Shown piece after piece: positions 52,429 to 64,000 of a stretch of 64,000 bases of DNA. Positions within the stretch are counted from its first letter, which is position 1; each line of letters begins with the position of its first letter. The stretch spans positions 10,912,001 to 10,976,000 of the forward strand of contig NC_043002.1 of assembly GCF_006345805.1 (NCBI RefSeq), read 5' to 3'. The notes under the pieces were generated by a model that saw only the letters and a program-made list of their open reading frames with translations, did no database searches and had not been told where the DNA came from. The translations under genes were made by a program, and so were the position numbers. The stretch is from Octopus sinensis (taxonomy: Eukaryota).

Positions 52429-52676
52429 TATACATGTATGCATATGTGTATGTATGTATGCATCTGTGTGTATATATGCTTGTGTATATATATGTATGCA
52501 TATGTGTATGTATTATGTATGTATGAATGTATGTATGTCAGTGTTCAGCTTTATTTCAAGATTTCTTGCCAATACAGAAAGGGCCGGTTTCTAACCTAGA
52601 TTCAAGGTTCTTTCATTGGAATTTCAACATCAACAACAGGGTATTTTTGTATGTATGTATTATGCATGTACGTACG

Positions 52677-52713
<37 letters not shown>

Positions 52714-52829
52714 ATATATATATATATATGTATGTATGTAGTATGTATGTATGTATGTATGTATGTATGTATGTATGTATGTATGTATGTATGTATGTGC
52801 AGATTTGTATGTTTTATGTATGTATTCTC

Positions 52830-53200
52830 ATGCATATAGTTACATATCTAGACATGCTCATATATACTTAAATGATAAACTTCTGCAAAGTTTTACAGAT
52901 TTTTACAGTTCCAGTGATGGATTGGATCTGTAGTCTTCGAATTAGCTTTCTCCTTTCTGGTTTTGAGAAGCCTAAAGATTGGTATTTAGGCATTGTGTTA
53001 CATATCTCAGTGCCCTAATAATTTCAGATATAAACCTGAACTTGTAATCTGGATAGAGTAACTACAGATTCCTCAATAATTCAGCGGATGTGTTCTCTTT
53101 TTCACTGATCTTCCTTACACAAATCACTATATCAGGTCAGTTGTGCTTACATTTCATTGAGGTCTGTATTCCGTTTTATTATGAGTGCCTATGGTTTCTG
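52830..53200 (-). mobile_element. RLE LINE family II 3' end with (CATA)n tail
   Basis: KCKHN*PDIVI...LLYPDYKFRF...KLIRRLQIQSITGTVKICKTLQKFII; near match to 3310-3520; CATA repeats on both sides. Confidence 0.78.
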
Positions 53201-53240
53201 TGTGTATATATGTATGAATGTGTGTATGTATGCATGCATG

Positions 53241-53271
<31 letters not shown>

Positions 53272-53349
53272 GTATGCATATGCGTGTATGTTCCATTTCG
53301 ATTTTTAGCAATTTAATTTATATATATATACATATATATACATACATAT

Positions 53350-53409
<60 letters not shown>

Positions 53410-53418
53410 ATATATATA

Positions 53419-54620
53419 GGATCTAGGATAATTCGCCGTACGACTATTCGCCATACGACAATTTATTGTACGGATATTTCACCGCAGACGTTTTGTAGCA
53501 AAGCATAAGAAGAGAAGGATAAAAACTAAAAATAATTGAAGGTCATACATTTTATTTTTAAAACTAAGCTAAAAGAACTAGAAAGGTCAAAAACCATGTA
53601 AGACCATTTCAATTGCATGCAAATACTGTGTTTTTTTTATTTTGATCTTAACCTCTGACAAAGCTTAATGCACGCTTATAAACATCTGTGTATCTTTTCT
53701 TGGTTGCCGTTTCTCTTCTAGCTGTTCATCGTTTACCATTTTAGAAAGAGATTCTTCATTTCTCAAGCCATTGATAAGTTTCCATAATTTTGGATGAGTA
53801 TTTGTAACAGATGCTTGCAGTGCACTATGAAAAGCTTCTACTCTATTGTTGGTGTTATCCATCTGATTTAGGGTTCTTTTATACATGTTCCAAAACCGAG
53901 AGGAAAGAGGAAAAGTAGGAGGAATTCTACGTCTGTAAGCTCTCTTGCCTCTCTCCCCACCAATGTAATGCATTTCAAAATATTTCACAAGTTCTTGTGG
54001 CAAGTCATCGTCATCCACAAGTTCTATAAATGCATGGATGGTGTCTGGAGGCGGGATGAAAGCAAGCGCTATAAGGCACTTTACTTTTGTGCTAAAATCA
54101 CAATCAGTTTGATATCACACCTTAAGCCCAATATCTGTCACTTTTCTGTAAGCATTTTTACAGAAATGGAAAAAAGCAGCCTGTTACATTTGCAGATGGA
54201 AAATTGTCAAAAAAAATTTAGAAAACTAACTTGTTCAAAATCAATCATTAAATTTTCAGGTCTTAGGGACTCCAGCAATTTTTTTACTTTTTGAAAATAA
54301 AAAAACCTATTGTATGTGTCAAGTGTCTTATTCGGAAGGAAACCGTAAATTCGTTGACATGTAGATTATATAACTGATAATAAATTTCAGGACAAACCTT
54401 AAATGTTCCATCGCATGCCCAATTCTTATGTATTTCTAGATCGTGCAACCCTGCAGTCGTACCAAAGATCAACATTATGTCTTCGTCTCTCCACCCTCAC
54501 TATCGTAAAGTAAAAATCTTTCTCTGTTCTGTAGACACGTAAATTCTTCGGGAATTACATAGCCGATTCTTGATCTAAGTCTTTCGTTTTCTTCTCTCTG
54601 CACTTAGAGATTAATGAGAA
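53419..54620 (-). pseudogene. Decayed Mutator-like (MULE) transposase with one repeat-rich terminus at 53419
   Basis: IPEEFTC...ERFLLYDSE, MLIFGT...WACDGTFKVCPEIYYQLY, TNNRVEAFHSAL...HPKLWKLINGLRNEE. Confidence 0.85.
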
Positions 54621-55319
54621 TGAGCCGATCTTTTGAACTTTCTCCGGCCGTTGAAGGTCCAACAGACTTATGGCACCGACGGCTGGTCGTTCAAACGTTC
54701 AAACATTTTTTTCAAGTAAATGCAATCCCTTTTGTTAAAATTCAGACAATGTGTGCATTGAGTAGTAAAGAGTTTTGTGCTCTGATATTCTTTCTACTTA
54801 TTTATTTTCGAATGAATATATTTTCGTTTACTTACAAACTGGAATTTTGGGAACTAAGGCTTTTTTTTACAGCCACAATTTCCGTTTTTTATTTTATGTG
54901 AAATTATAAAACAAAAAAATTCAAGAGTTTTGGCTGGTGTTGCTAGCACGTGAAGAGACCTTCTGGACTTAACTTCAAGCGCTGGTTGAAAATCACCTAA
55001 ACAAATTCTGGGGTCAATAAATTTGACTAAAAATACTTCAAGGCGATGCCCCAGAATGACCGCAGTCTAATGGTTTAACAAGTGGAGAGGAAAAATACGG
55101 AATATATCACAGAGGTGGATATGACCATGCTTTAACAAAATTCTGGGTGCCCCACCATAGCTGCAGTCTAATAACTGCAACAAGTAAAAAGGAAAAAAAC
55201 AGTTCTGTGGTCGGTACGTTCAACTAAAAATTCCTCAAGGTGGTACCCCAGCATGGCCACAGTCTAATGACTGATACAAGTTAGAAGAGGAAAGAAACGA
55301 AAAACAACCGAAAAATATA

Positions 55320-55452
55320 ACCGAGAAGGTTTTGTCCGCTTTCACACTTGAACTACGGAGGTTTTGTCCGAGGGATTTTTTTCCGCTTTCACATTTTAAC
55401 TATTAGGTTTTGTCCGAGTGGGGTTTTGTCCTAGGTGAGGTTTGCCCTACAC
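55320..55452. repeat. Subterminal GGTTTTGTCC repeat array, probable end of a different MULE-like element
   Basis: Four to five GGTTTTGTCC-like units ending CCCTACACTC; no partner end found. Confidence 0.4.
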
Positions 55453-55769
55453 TCATCGGGTTATATTTAGCTTATCTTTGTGTTCACAATCTAGTAGTGA
55501 ATTATTGTAGTATTTTCCTGCTATGTTGAAAATGTCTGGATTAAACGACAAATTATTGTTTCCAATTTCCACTTACTAAGAAGACACTCAGAATTACTTT
55601 CATATTATATATTTATCTATAGATATGTGTGTGTGTGGGTGTATTACATCTACTACGTTATTTATTAAGTGTTCAGCCAGATTTGCTTCTACTCTATTAG
55701 TACTGTGTATGCTAAAAAGCTATTTATCCACATTGAGTGGTCTCAGCTCCGATAGTTCGGACATAGGAT

Positions 55770-55990
55770 TAGACTGTTGCAGTAAAGGATGTCAAGACAG
55801 TTCCTTCAGGCCGAGTCAACCGACAGGAGACCTAGAGGTCGACCGACAACGAGGTGGCTGGATAATATCCACAGTCTTAGCTGGTCACACTTAGGAATCC
55901 AACCGGAGATGTAATGATTGTTGTTTCTTCCCAGGATCAGTGAGCCGCGAAGATGGATGGACGGATATAAAAAGGCAAACACTGCCAGCT
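55770..55990 (+). mobile_element. RTE-clade LINE 3' fragment
   Basis: RMSRQFLQAESTDRRPRGRPTTRWLDNIHSLSWSHLGIQP. Confidence 0.75.
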
Positions 55991-56124
55991 TAAGGGTTAT
56001 TGCATAAAGCAACGGGCTACATTGATTAATAGCCATTCATTTTTCACTCCTTTTAATTACCTAATTTTGTGATTATGTCTCATACCCAAATATACGATAC
56101 TAACCTATAAACCCAGATCTTTCA

Positions 56125-56282
56125 ACATTATTTACATTATTTACATTATTTACATTCGACGGATATTTGTCCTCATCTTGTTTGTAATTAACACAACGTT
56201 TCGGCTGATATACCCTCCAGCCTTCTTCAGGTGTCTTGGGGAAATTTCGAACCTGGGTTCTCATTCATAAGGTATTTTTAGA

Positions 56283-56316
<34 letters not shown>

Positions 56317-56434
56317 GTTATTGTTCAGGTCAGTGCTTGGAATCGAACTCGAAATCTTCTGGGTTAGTAGCCCGCACGCTTAACCACTATGCCATATGCC
56401 CGTACGCATATGGCGTAGTGGTTAAATATAGAAT
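56125..56434 (-). mobile_element. Hammerhead-bearing SINE (H1), complete uninterrupted copy with 5' head foldback
   Basis: Head TGGCATAGTGG (A box) ... GAGTTCGATTCC (B box), internal (AAT)n, hammerhead, (AAATAATGT)3 tail. Flanks CCCAGATCTTTCA (56112-56124) / CCCAGATATTTGA (56435-56447). Confidence 0.85.
56190..56235 (-). ncRNA. H1 hammerhead, CUGAAGA variant
   Basis: Differs from the 916-961 copy only at the free N7 position of the core. Confidence 0.8.
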
Positions 56435-56702
56435 CCCAGATATTTGAGTGTAGCAGTCTTTCACCTTTAATTACATTTGTTTATCATTCTGGTACCTTTC
56501 ACCTGTTTTACCACTTTCCAAGATTTGGATCGAAAAATTGATTCCAGTACTGCAGCTTTAAATTTTTTTTTAAGCTGGTACATATTCTATCCACCTCTAT
56601 TGCCGAACCGCTACAGTTACTGGGACGTAAACAGACTAACACCGGTCAAGTGGTGAGAGAGGACACAGACACAAGGATACACACACGTACATATATACAT
56701 AC

Positions 56703-56735
<33 letters not shown>

Positions 56736-56812
56736 CGTAGATACATATTTATATACATTCATATGCATGTATATATATATATATATATGTATATAAATAT
56801 ATACATACATAT

Positions 56813-56891
<79 letters not shown>

Positions 56892-57488
56892 GTGTATGTG
56901 TATATATATATATATAATATATATATATAAATGGAAGAAAAACGCAATAGAGGACATTAAAACATTCGGGCAGATAGACGATACAAAGACACAAATGTAA
57001 TATTAAATATGTTTTAAAATGTAATGGGTTGTTTATGGAGTGCTCATAGAGAGCCAAGGTGAAAAAATGTAGAGAAGAGGAAATTGAAAACGTAAATTTT
57101 AGGAATTCAAGCAGATTCCCGAACGCATAAATGAAAACATAAAATGAAAGTTATTAAATATGTATTTATACATATCAACATAAATCATGAATGTAGAAGT
57201 ATGAAGATTCTCCAAGGATATAAAAAATAAAACCAAATATACATAAAAATACAGAAGGAATATAAAAATATATAAAAATACATGTAAGGAGTCATGCATG
57301 GTAAATATAGGAGGTGCAAAACGAATGAGGGGTTGATAAATATAGGAATAAAAACGTCAGTTTTTAAAATGGCAAACCACCTAAATCGTCGAAAGATCAC
57401 TTATACATATTAAAATATAAGATAGAAATTACGCTAGATATCAAGGTTTAAAAAAATATAAAATAGGATCCAGAAATTGGAGGATGTT

Positions 57489-57577
57489 CCATCTACGGCC
57501 GTTTCAGGGGTACATTACTGGTCATGGTTAAAAATTAACTACTCCATACATGCAATGTGTGCCCTTCATCAGGATGA
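57489..57577 (-). ncRNA. Type-I hammerhead ribozyme motif (H3), GUA site
   Basis: UCAUC-CUGAUGA-AGGG...CCCU-GAA-ACGGCCGU-A-GAUGG; domain II extends as ACAUUGC/GUAAUGU, UAUGG/CCAUG, GUUAA/UUAAC. Confidence 0.8.
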
Positions 57578-58324
57578 TGTCTTCCTAGGTAAATTTCATC
57601 ATATTTAAAATATATCTATATGCGACGGGACACAGTTTTCGTCAACCAAACTACCAAATTCACTCACAGGACATTGTTCTTCTCAAGCTATGTACATACG
57701 CCTAAAAGTTCAAATCTAGATACAAATTTATCCCCCTAGCTATTAAAAAAATTAAGCATGAAACTTCTTACCCTCAAATATTTATCATCCCCTTGGAGAC
57801 AGGAAGCGTTACTGACCGCATCGAAACACTGTGTGTATGAGTAGTGCGATGTATCCGTCTGTGCGGTGCCGTGTTTCAAATATGCCACACTGAAAAGAAT
57901 CGGTAAATACACTGGAAAATTTCTTGTACGAAAAATTACGTGGTTTCTCAACAGCCTAATACCGATACACAGCTCAGACTGTCAGTACTAAATCCGTCGG
58001 CAAACGATTAAACTTGCTGTTTGTTTATCAATCTTCTTTAAATTTATGTTATTGTGTATACGTTTATACAAATATATTTAACACGTTCGTGTGCACCTGG
58101 ACATAGAAAGATCTTCGCTGCCGAAATTGTCTCTGAAGAAACGGTTTTCTCATAGAAATGTGAGAGGGGAAAAAACGTCATTGAACCATTAATGGCACCA
58201 TGGGACCGTAGAAGACGTGTTTCTGTGTCGTTATGCTTCATCGGCTACGGACACCAAGTCTGTCTTTCGAAACTAACTAAACCAATTATCGTTCCTAGAG
58301 AATAAATTTGCTGATGTACACAAA

Positions 58325-58715
58325 GGCGCAGGTGTAGTTGTGTGGTAAGAAGCTTGTTTTTGAACCACATGGTTCCGGGTTCAATCCCACTGTGTGATAC
58401 CTTGGGCAAGTGTCTTCTACTATATTCTTCGGTCGCCCAAGTTCTTTTGAGTGGATTAGATGAATGGAAACTGAAAGAAGCCCATCGTATATGTGTGTGT
58501 GTGTGTGTCTGTTTGTGTGACGCCACCACTGCTTGACAACCTGAGCTTATGTTTAAGTTCCCATAACTTAGCGGTTTATAAAAAGATCCCGATAGAATCA
58601 TTACAAGGCTTTACATAAAAAAATAAGTATGGGGTTGTCGATTCGTTCGACTAAAATTTTTCAAGGTGTTGCCCTAGCATGGGCGCAGTCGAATGACTGA
58701 AACAAGTAGAATATA
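58325..58715 (+). mobile_element. SINE-A, older copy
   Basis: Similarity to the other copies. Confidence 0.82.
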
Positions 58716-59584
58716 AAATTTGGCAATCTCGAATTAACTAACAAGAGACGCTTTAAGCAGCGTGATTGAAAAACAGATGCGTACAATTATATTTCACACG
58801 TTCGTGTACACTAAGATGTGGAAAGACCTTCTCAGAAGAGACATTCTCGTCATGGAATTACACACCACTGGGCCATGAATGATATTATCGGACTGTAGAA
58901 CACGCGTTTCTGCTTCGTCAGTCATGGACACGGAATCCATCGTCCAAAGCCCACAAAGGACTGCCGTCCTTAGAGTTAAATAGTAAATCTGTTGATGTGC
59001 GTAAAATTATGCCAAATTGGAATTGATTAACTAGACGCCTCAAGTTAATTACGTTCTGTAGTTACTTTTTCAACAACTGCTTTCCAATCAATATATTAAC
59101 TATTCATTTGGTTTCAGCTCTAAATTATTTCATGGCTTCCTAAATATTTTCCCTCTGGCCAAAACCGCAAGATTTACATAAAAATTTCTTTACAAGTTCT
59201 TTTACTAATTTTCAACTTATATGAAAGTATGATATATGTAAACAAACTTTGCTTTTTTAGAAACGTTGAGGTGTATTGTCTTTCCCTTGGATAACATCGG
59301 TGGCGTGGAGAGGGGAGGCTGATAAGCGTGGGCAACTGCCGGTCTTCCATAAGCAATCGTGCCCCGACTTAAGCTTCGGAGAGCTTAACTTACTAGGTGT
59401 AATTCCATGGTCATTGACGACTTTTTATATTCTCTAAAATGGTTGGCGTTAGGAAGGATATCCAGCTGCACAGAAAATGTCAAACACATAAACAGTTCTT
59501 TGATTCACTGTCAAAGCGCCCAACCCATGCTAACATAGAAGACGGACGTAAAATGCTGATGATAATGATTTTATATCACGTGAT

Positions 59585-59901
59585 AATATCACGTGACCGA
59601 CCAGGCCATCAGATGTTGCTACTACACATCCCTGGTCACAATGCGCTTCACATTGTTTTAGCCTTCAATGACGCAACCCCGCTGGCTAAGCGAGCAGGCC
59701 AACAGAAGGAAGAGTCAGAGAAGGTTGTGGCGAAAGAGTACAGCAGGGCTCACCCCACCACCACCACCACCACCTGCAAGAATCACGTTGAGCTTTAGTT
59801 GTTTTCGCTCAATAAACACTCACAACGCCCGGTCTGGGAATCGAAACCGCGATCCTACGACCGCGAGTCCGCTGCCCTAACCGCTAGGCCATTGCGCCTC
59901 C
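59585..59901 (-). mobile_element. SINE-C variant
   Basis: Head at 59820-59901 is near-identical to SINE-C. Confidence 0.75.
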
Positions 59902-59944
59902 ACGATGATATATATATATATATGGGGGGGTGTATGTATATATA

Positions 59945-61235
59945 CGATGGACGTTCAATAAGTAATGCCTCTGACCCACTTGCAGTTGTTTGATCTAGCT
60001 GAAATTTTGCATGTGCAATCATATATATCTCTATAGAGTAAGTGGCAAATTACAGCTCTGAATTAATTGTGGTTTCTGATTTACAGGTGTTTGAACCGAG
60101 TCAAGTGTGAAATGGAGCCTGTTGAGTGTCGAGCAGTGATCCGGTTTTTGTATTTGAAAGGACGCACACCACGGGAGACTTTTGATGAAATGAAAGTAAC
60201 TTATGGTAATGATGCCCCATCATATGACCTTGTAAAACGCTGGCATCGTGAATTCAAACATGGTCGGAACTCTGTGGAAACAGCTCTCAGATCTGGTCGC
60301 CCCCTTCTGCCATTGATGAGGCATCTGTCCGTCAAGTTGAGGCTGCCATTTTGGAAGATCGACGCATAATTATTCGCCAAATAGTCCATGAGGTCAAGAT
60401 TAGTACCGGGTCTGTGGAAACTATCATTCATGACCATCTGCATATGCAAAAGGTGTCTGCCAGATGGATTCCCAGGTTGCTCACGCCTTTCCAGAAGCAA
60501 GAACGCGTCGAGTGCTCGAGAGTGAATTTGGAGATGTGCCAAGAAGATGAGTCAAAATTTTTCAAAAGACTGATTACACAGGATGAAACCTGCGTCCATC
60601 ACGATGATCCAGAGACCAAAGCCCAGTCAATGCAGTGGAAGCACCGTGACTCACTCCCTCCAAAGAAGGCAAGGGTGCAGCCCTCCGCTGGCAAGGTCAT
60701 GCTCACAGTCTTCTGGGACCAGGACGGAGTAGTGATGACAGATTTCCTGGCAAAGGGTACCACAATTGCAGGAGCCTATTATGCTTCACTTTTGAGGAAA
60801 TTAAGAGAAGTTATCAAAATCAAGAGGCGGGGCAAGATCAGCAAAGGCATCCTCCTCCTGCAGGACAACGCTCCGGTTCACAACTAGCTTGTCGCCAGAT
60901 CAGAAGCACAGGCGTATGGCTATGAATTCCTCCCCATCCCCCCTACTCTCCTGACCTTGCACCCTCTGATTTTCACCTCTTCCCAATCATGAAGTTTTTT
61001 TTGAAAGGAAAGCGTTTCCCAGATGATGCAGCCTTGATTTCTGAAGTCACGTTGAGGTTGGAGGACCAAGCTGGGTTCTTCTACAAAAACGGTCTCCAGA
61101 GCCGCATCAAACGATGGGAGAAATGCATAACTTTGGGTGGTTTCTATGTAGAAAAAGACTAATAACTGTGCTAAGTTTCGTTGCTCTACTGCTTTGGGAA
61201 GTGGGTCAGGGGCATTACTTATTGAACGCCCCTCG
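59945..61235 (+). mobile_element. Full-length (1291 bp) mariner, irritans-like, pseudogenised transposase
   Basis: TA-flanked TIRs CGATGGACGTTCAATAAGTAATGCCTCTGACCCACTT / AAGTGGGTCAGGGGCATTACTTATTGAACGCCCCTCG. ARWIPRLLT, ITQDET, QDNAPVH, YSPDLAPSD. Frameshifts near 60300 and 60935; stop near 60885. Confidence 0.95.
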
Positions 61236-61697
61236 TATATATATATATATAAATAAATGTGTGTGTATATATGTATATATAAATGTGTGTGTGTGTGCGT
61301 GTGTATCTATTTTCTAGCAACTGTACTCAGCATTGATAGAGCTTATATTTTGATGCCTAAATTGTAAAACTCACATGACGTCATCATATTTAGAATAATA
61401 TATTACTTTTAATGGTATTAGCAATATCGATTCTGTCAGAATTCTTGTATCACTGAAATTGAAAAGGCGGATCAAATTAGACTTCATGAGAATCCATAAA
61501 AAAAAATTTGTCTTCTATAGAACCTAAAATATAAATTTACTTTTAATTTAATTTAAAACGATTCATATTTTATATTTTGGAGATAATTTTTTTTTTAAAT
61601 GGTACAATAAATAATGTAGTAACATTATATTAAGGCTGCTTTTTTTCGATGGGGGGCGGGGGGGATCAGTACCTTATTTTTAATGCATTCTGAGTTC

Positions 61698-61855
61698 AGG
61701 CGTAGCTGTGTAGTAAGAAGCTTGCTTCCCAACAACATGGTTCCAGGTTCAGTCCCACTGCATGGCACCTTGGGCAAGTGTCTTCTACGATAACCTCGGG
61801 CCGACCAAAGGCTTGTGAGTGGATTTGGTAGACGGAAACTGAAAGAAGCCCGTCG

Positions 61856-61860
<5 letters not shown>
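61698..61860 (+). mobile_element. SINE-A 5' half
   Basis: Ends at the internal (TA)n(TG)n. Confidence 0.85.
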
Positions 61861-61954
<94 letters not shown>

Positions 61955-62088
61955 GTGCGTGTGTGTGTGAAATAATTAAGATTCAGTATTACGTACTTAA
62001 GTTGAGGCACCAAATCAGTCTGGTATTATCCGCATAGCTCGAAGTGAGGTGAATAAAATCAAAATATGTAACAGGATATCAAGTATCT

Positions 62089-62176
62089 TTGCAATACGAC
62101 CATTTCAAGCGGCTCCATTTAATTGAGCAATGTAAGCACTACATTAATTTAAATTCAGTGCCATCTTCAGTTGCAA
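62089..62176 (-). ncRNA. H4 hammerhead copy (repeat spans ~61975-62180)
   Basis: UUGCAA-CUGAAGA-...-GAA-AUGGUCGU-A-UUGCAA. Confidence 0.7.
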
Positions 62177-62287
62177 GAAATATGGATTTTCAACAGACAA
62201 GATATGTTAATATAATTTTTCTCAAATATTTTATCAGAAATAGAGGATGAAATAATTTCATGCTGCCACTATTGTAGTAAGAATAAG

Positions 62288-62670
62288 TGGAGGTGCAATG
62301 GCCCAGTGGTTAGGGCAGCGGACTCGCGGTCATAGGATCGCGGTTTCGATTCCCAGACCGGACGTTGTGAGTGTTTATTGAGCGAAAACACCTAAAGCTC
62401 CACGAGGCTCCGGCAGGGGATGGTGGTGATCCCTGCTGTACTCTTTCACCACAACTTTCTCTCACTCTTACTTCCTGTTTCTGTTGTACCTGTATTTCAA
62501 AGGGCCGGCCTGGTCACTCTCTGTGTCACGCTGAATATCCCCGAGAACTACGTTAAGGGTGCACGTGTCTGTGGAGTGCTCAGCCACTTACACGTTAATT
62601 TCACGAGCAGGCTCTTCCGTTGATTCGGATCAACCGGAACCCTCATCGTCGTAACCGACGGAGTGCTTCC
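62288..62670 (+). mobile_element. SINE-C, full length, 12-bp TSD AGTAAGAATAAG
   Basis: Direct repeats at 62276-62287 and 62671-62682. Confidence 0.92.
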
Positions 62671-63145
62671 AGTAAGAATAAGCTAAGAGAACAACTGCAA
62701 TTTTGGAGTGGCATGGAACACAGTGGTGATGGGTGGGCCATAGGACTGTAATTCATTTCTATTTTCTTATATCTTCCTTCTTCTCATCAACAAAAGCTCT
62801 CTAAGGCTAGAATACTGCGTTTATTGAGAATAAAGAGCATTGTGAATTGACAGCTCGGAACTGGCTGCTGGTCATAAATATATATTACTAGATGTTTCCC
62901 CTATTCCTTAATTTCTTGCTGTTCCTTAATTTATTTCTGTCATAAGTATCCCTCACCACAAAAAAAAAAGCTTTAGAAAGAGTCAATTAGATAGAAGTAA
63001 ATGTCCATAAAGAGGTAGAGTAGGAGTGACATTAACTCTTGGAAACTTAGGACGCTATGATGAGATCTAGGAAAACATTAAGGGCCCAGAAGGGAAAAAG
63101 CTTATAATCGAGGTGTAGTAAAAACAATTAGAAGTAGATAATTAG

Positions 63146-63560
63146 GCGCAGGAGTGGCTGTGTGGTAAGTAGCTTGTTTACCAACCACATGGTTCCGGGT
63201 TCAGTCTCACTGCGTGGCACCTTGGGCAAGTGTCTTCTACTATAGCCTCGGGCCAACCAAAGCCTTGTGAGTGGATTTGGTAGATGGAAACTGAAAGAAG
63301 CCCGTCGTATATATGTATATTTATATATATATATATTCGTGTGTGTGTTTGTGTGTCTGTGTTTGTCCCCCTAGCATTGCTTGACAACCGATGCTGGTGT
63401 GTTTATGTCCCCGTTACTTAGCGGTTCGGCAAAAGAGACCGATAGAATAAGTACTGGGCTTACAAAAAGAATAAGTCCCAGGGTCGAGTTGCTCAATTAA
63501 AGGCGGTGCTCCAGCATGGCCGCAGTCAAATGTCTGAAACAAGTAAAAAGAGTAAAAAGA
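63146..63560 (+). mobile_element. SINE-A, young
   Basis: Near-identical to the other young copies. Confidence 0.92.
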
Positions 63561-63617
63561 GAGAGAGTATCAGAACCAGGTTAGATAAGACAGATCAGTT
63601 TAAAAATTAAAAAGATG

Positions 63618-63656
<39 letters not shown>

Positions 63657-63913
63657 CAACCTAATGCTCCATCTTTACAGAACTATTAGGTGGTCACTAC
63701 AAAGACCACTCAAACAATGATCACAACTTACTTACGGAATTTAATTGGTAAACTATAATTATTATCTGTTGATTGAAAGTAAGGGACCAGAAGCAGGATG
63801 ATAAGATAAATGATTCAATAATATATAGACATAATTAAATATAAGTATACAAGATTTAGCAACTGTGAAAGGTGTGTACTGATAAAAGTAAATATAACAG
63901 CATATATGGCATA

Positions 63914-64000
63914 TGTGGAGGCGCAATGGCCTAGTGGTTAGGGCAGCGGACTCGCGGTCGTAGGATCGCGGTTTCGATTCCCAGACCGGGCGTTGTGTGT
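63914..64000 (+). mobile_element. SINE-C head, cut by the window end
   Basis: GGAGGCGCAATGGCCTAGTGGTTAGGG...GGTTTCGATTCCC. Confidence 0.88.

Noticed and set aside
52560-52625. Minus-strand ACCU..AGGU-UA-GAAACCGGCC resembling a decayed hammerhead
   Set aside because: The core reads AAUGAAAGA rather than CUGANGA and the palindrome is broken.
53419-55452. Treating 53419 and 55452 as the two TIRs of one MULE
   Set aside because: The two repeat arrays are not reverse complements of each other.

Overview
An AT-rich animal genomic window, about 64 kb, dense in microsatellites. The SINE families and simple-repeat load look cephalopod (Octopus-like); this is inference from memory, not a database match. 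I found no supportable host protein-coding exon, and most tracked ORFs are microsatellite or SINE artefacts. Mobile elements present: a near-full-length Tx1/L1-clade LINE inside a (GATA)n array (46.3-51.6 kb, minus); many 5'-truncated R4/Dong-type LINEs bounded by (TAA)n; a second restriction-like-endonuclease (RLE) LINE family bounded by (CATA)n; three mariner and one DD37D (maT) elements; Helitron, MULE, RTE and Penelope (GIY-YIG) remnants; several MITEs; and four tRNA-derived SINE families (labelled A-D here). The main unexplained signal is a set of five well-formed, mutually unrelated minimal type-I hammerhead ribozyme families (H1-H4, H6), plus atypical or degenerate candidates (H5, H9). 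H1 sits in the body of a tRNA-headed SINE. All three H1 insertions are tail-out foldbacks bounded by 13-15 bp direct repeats and share a fixed terminus (GTTCTATAT), which suggests a SINE mobilised by Penelope-type machinery. Folds were paired by eye, coordinates were counted by hand (ends may be off by a few bases), and novelty was not checked against Dfam, Repbase or Rfam.
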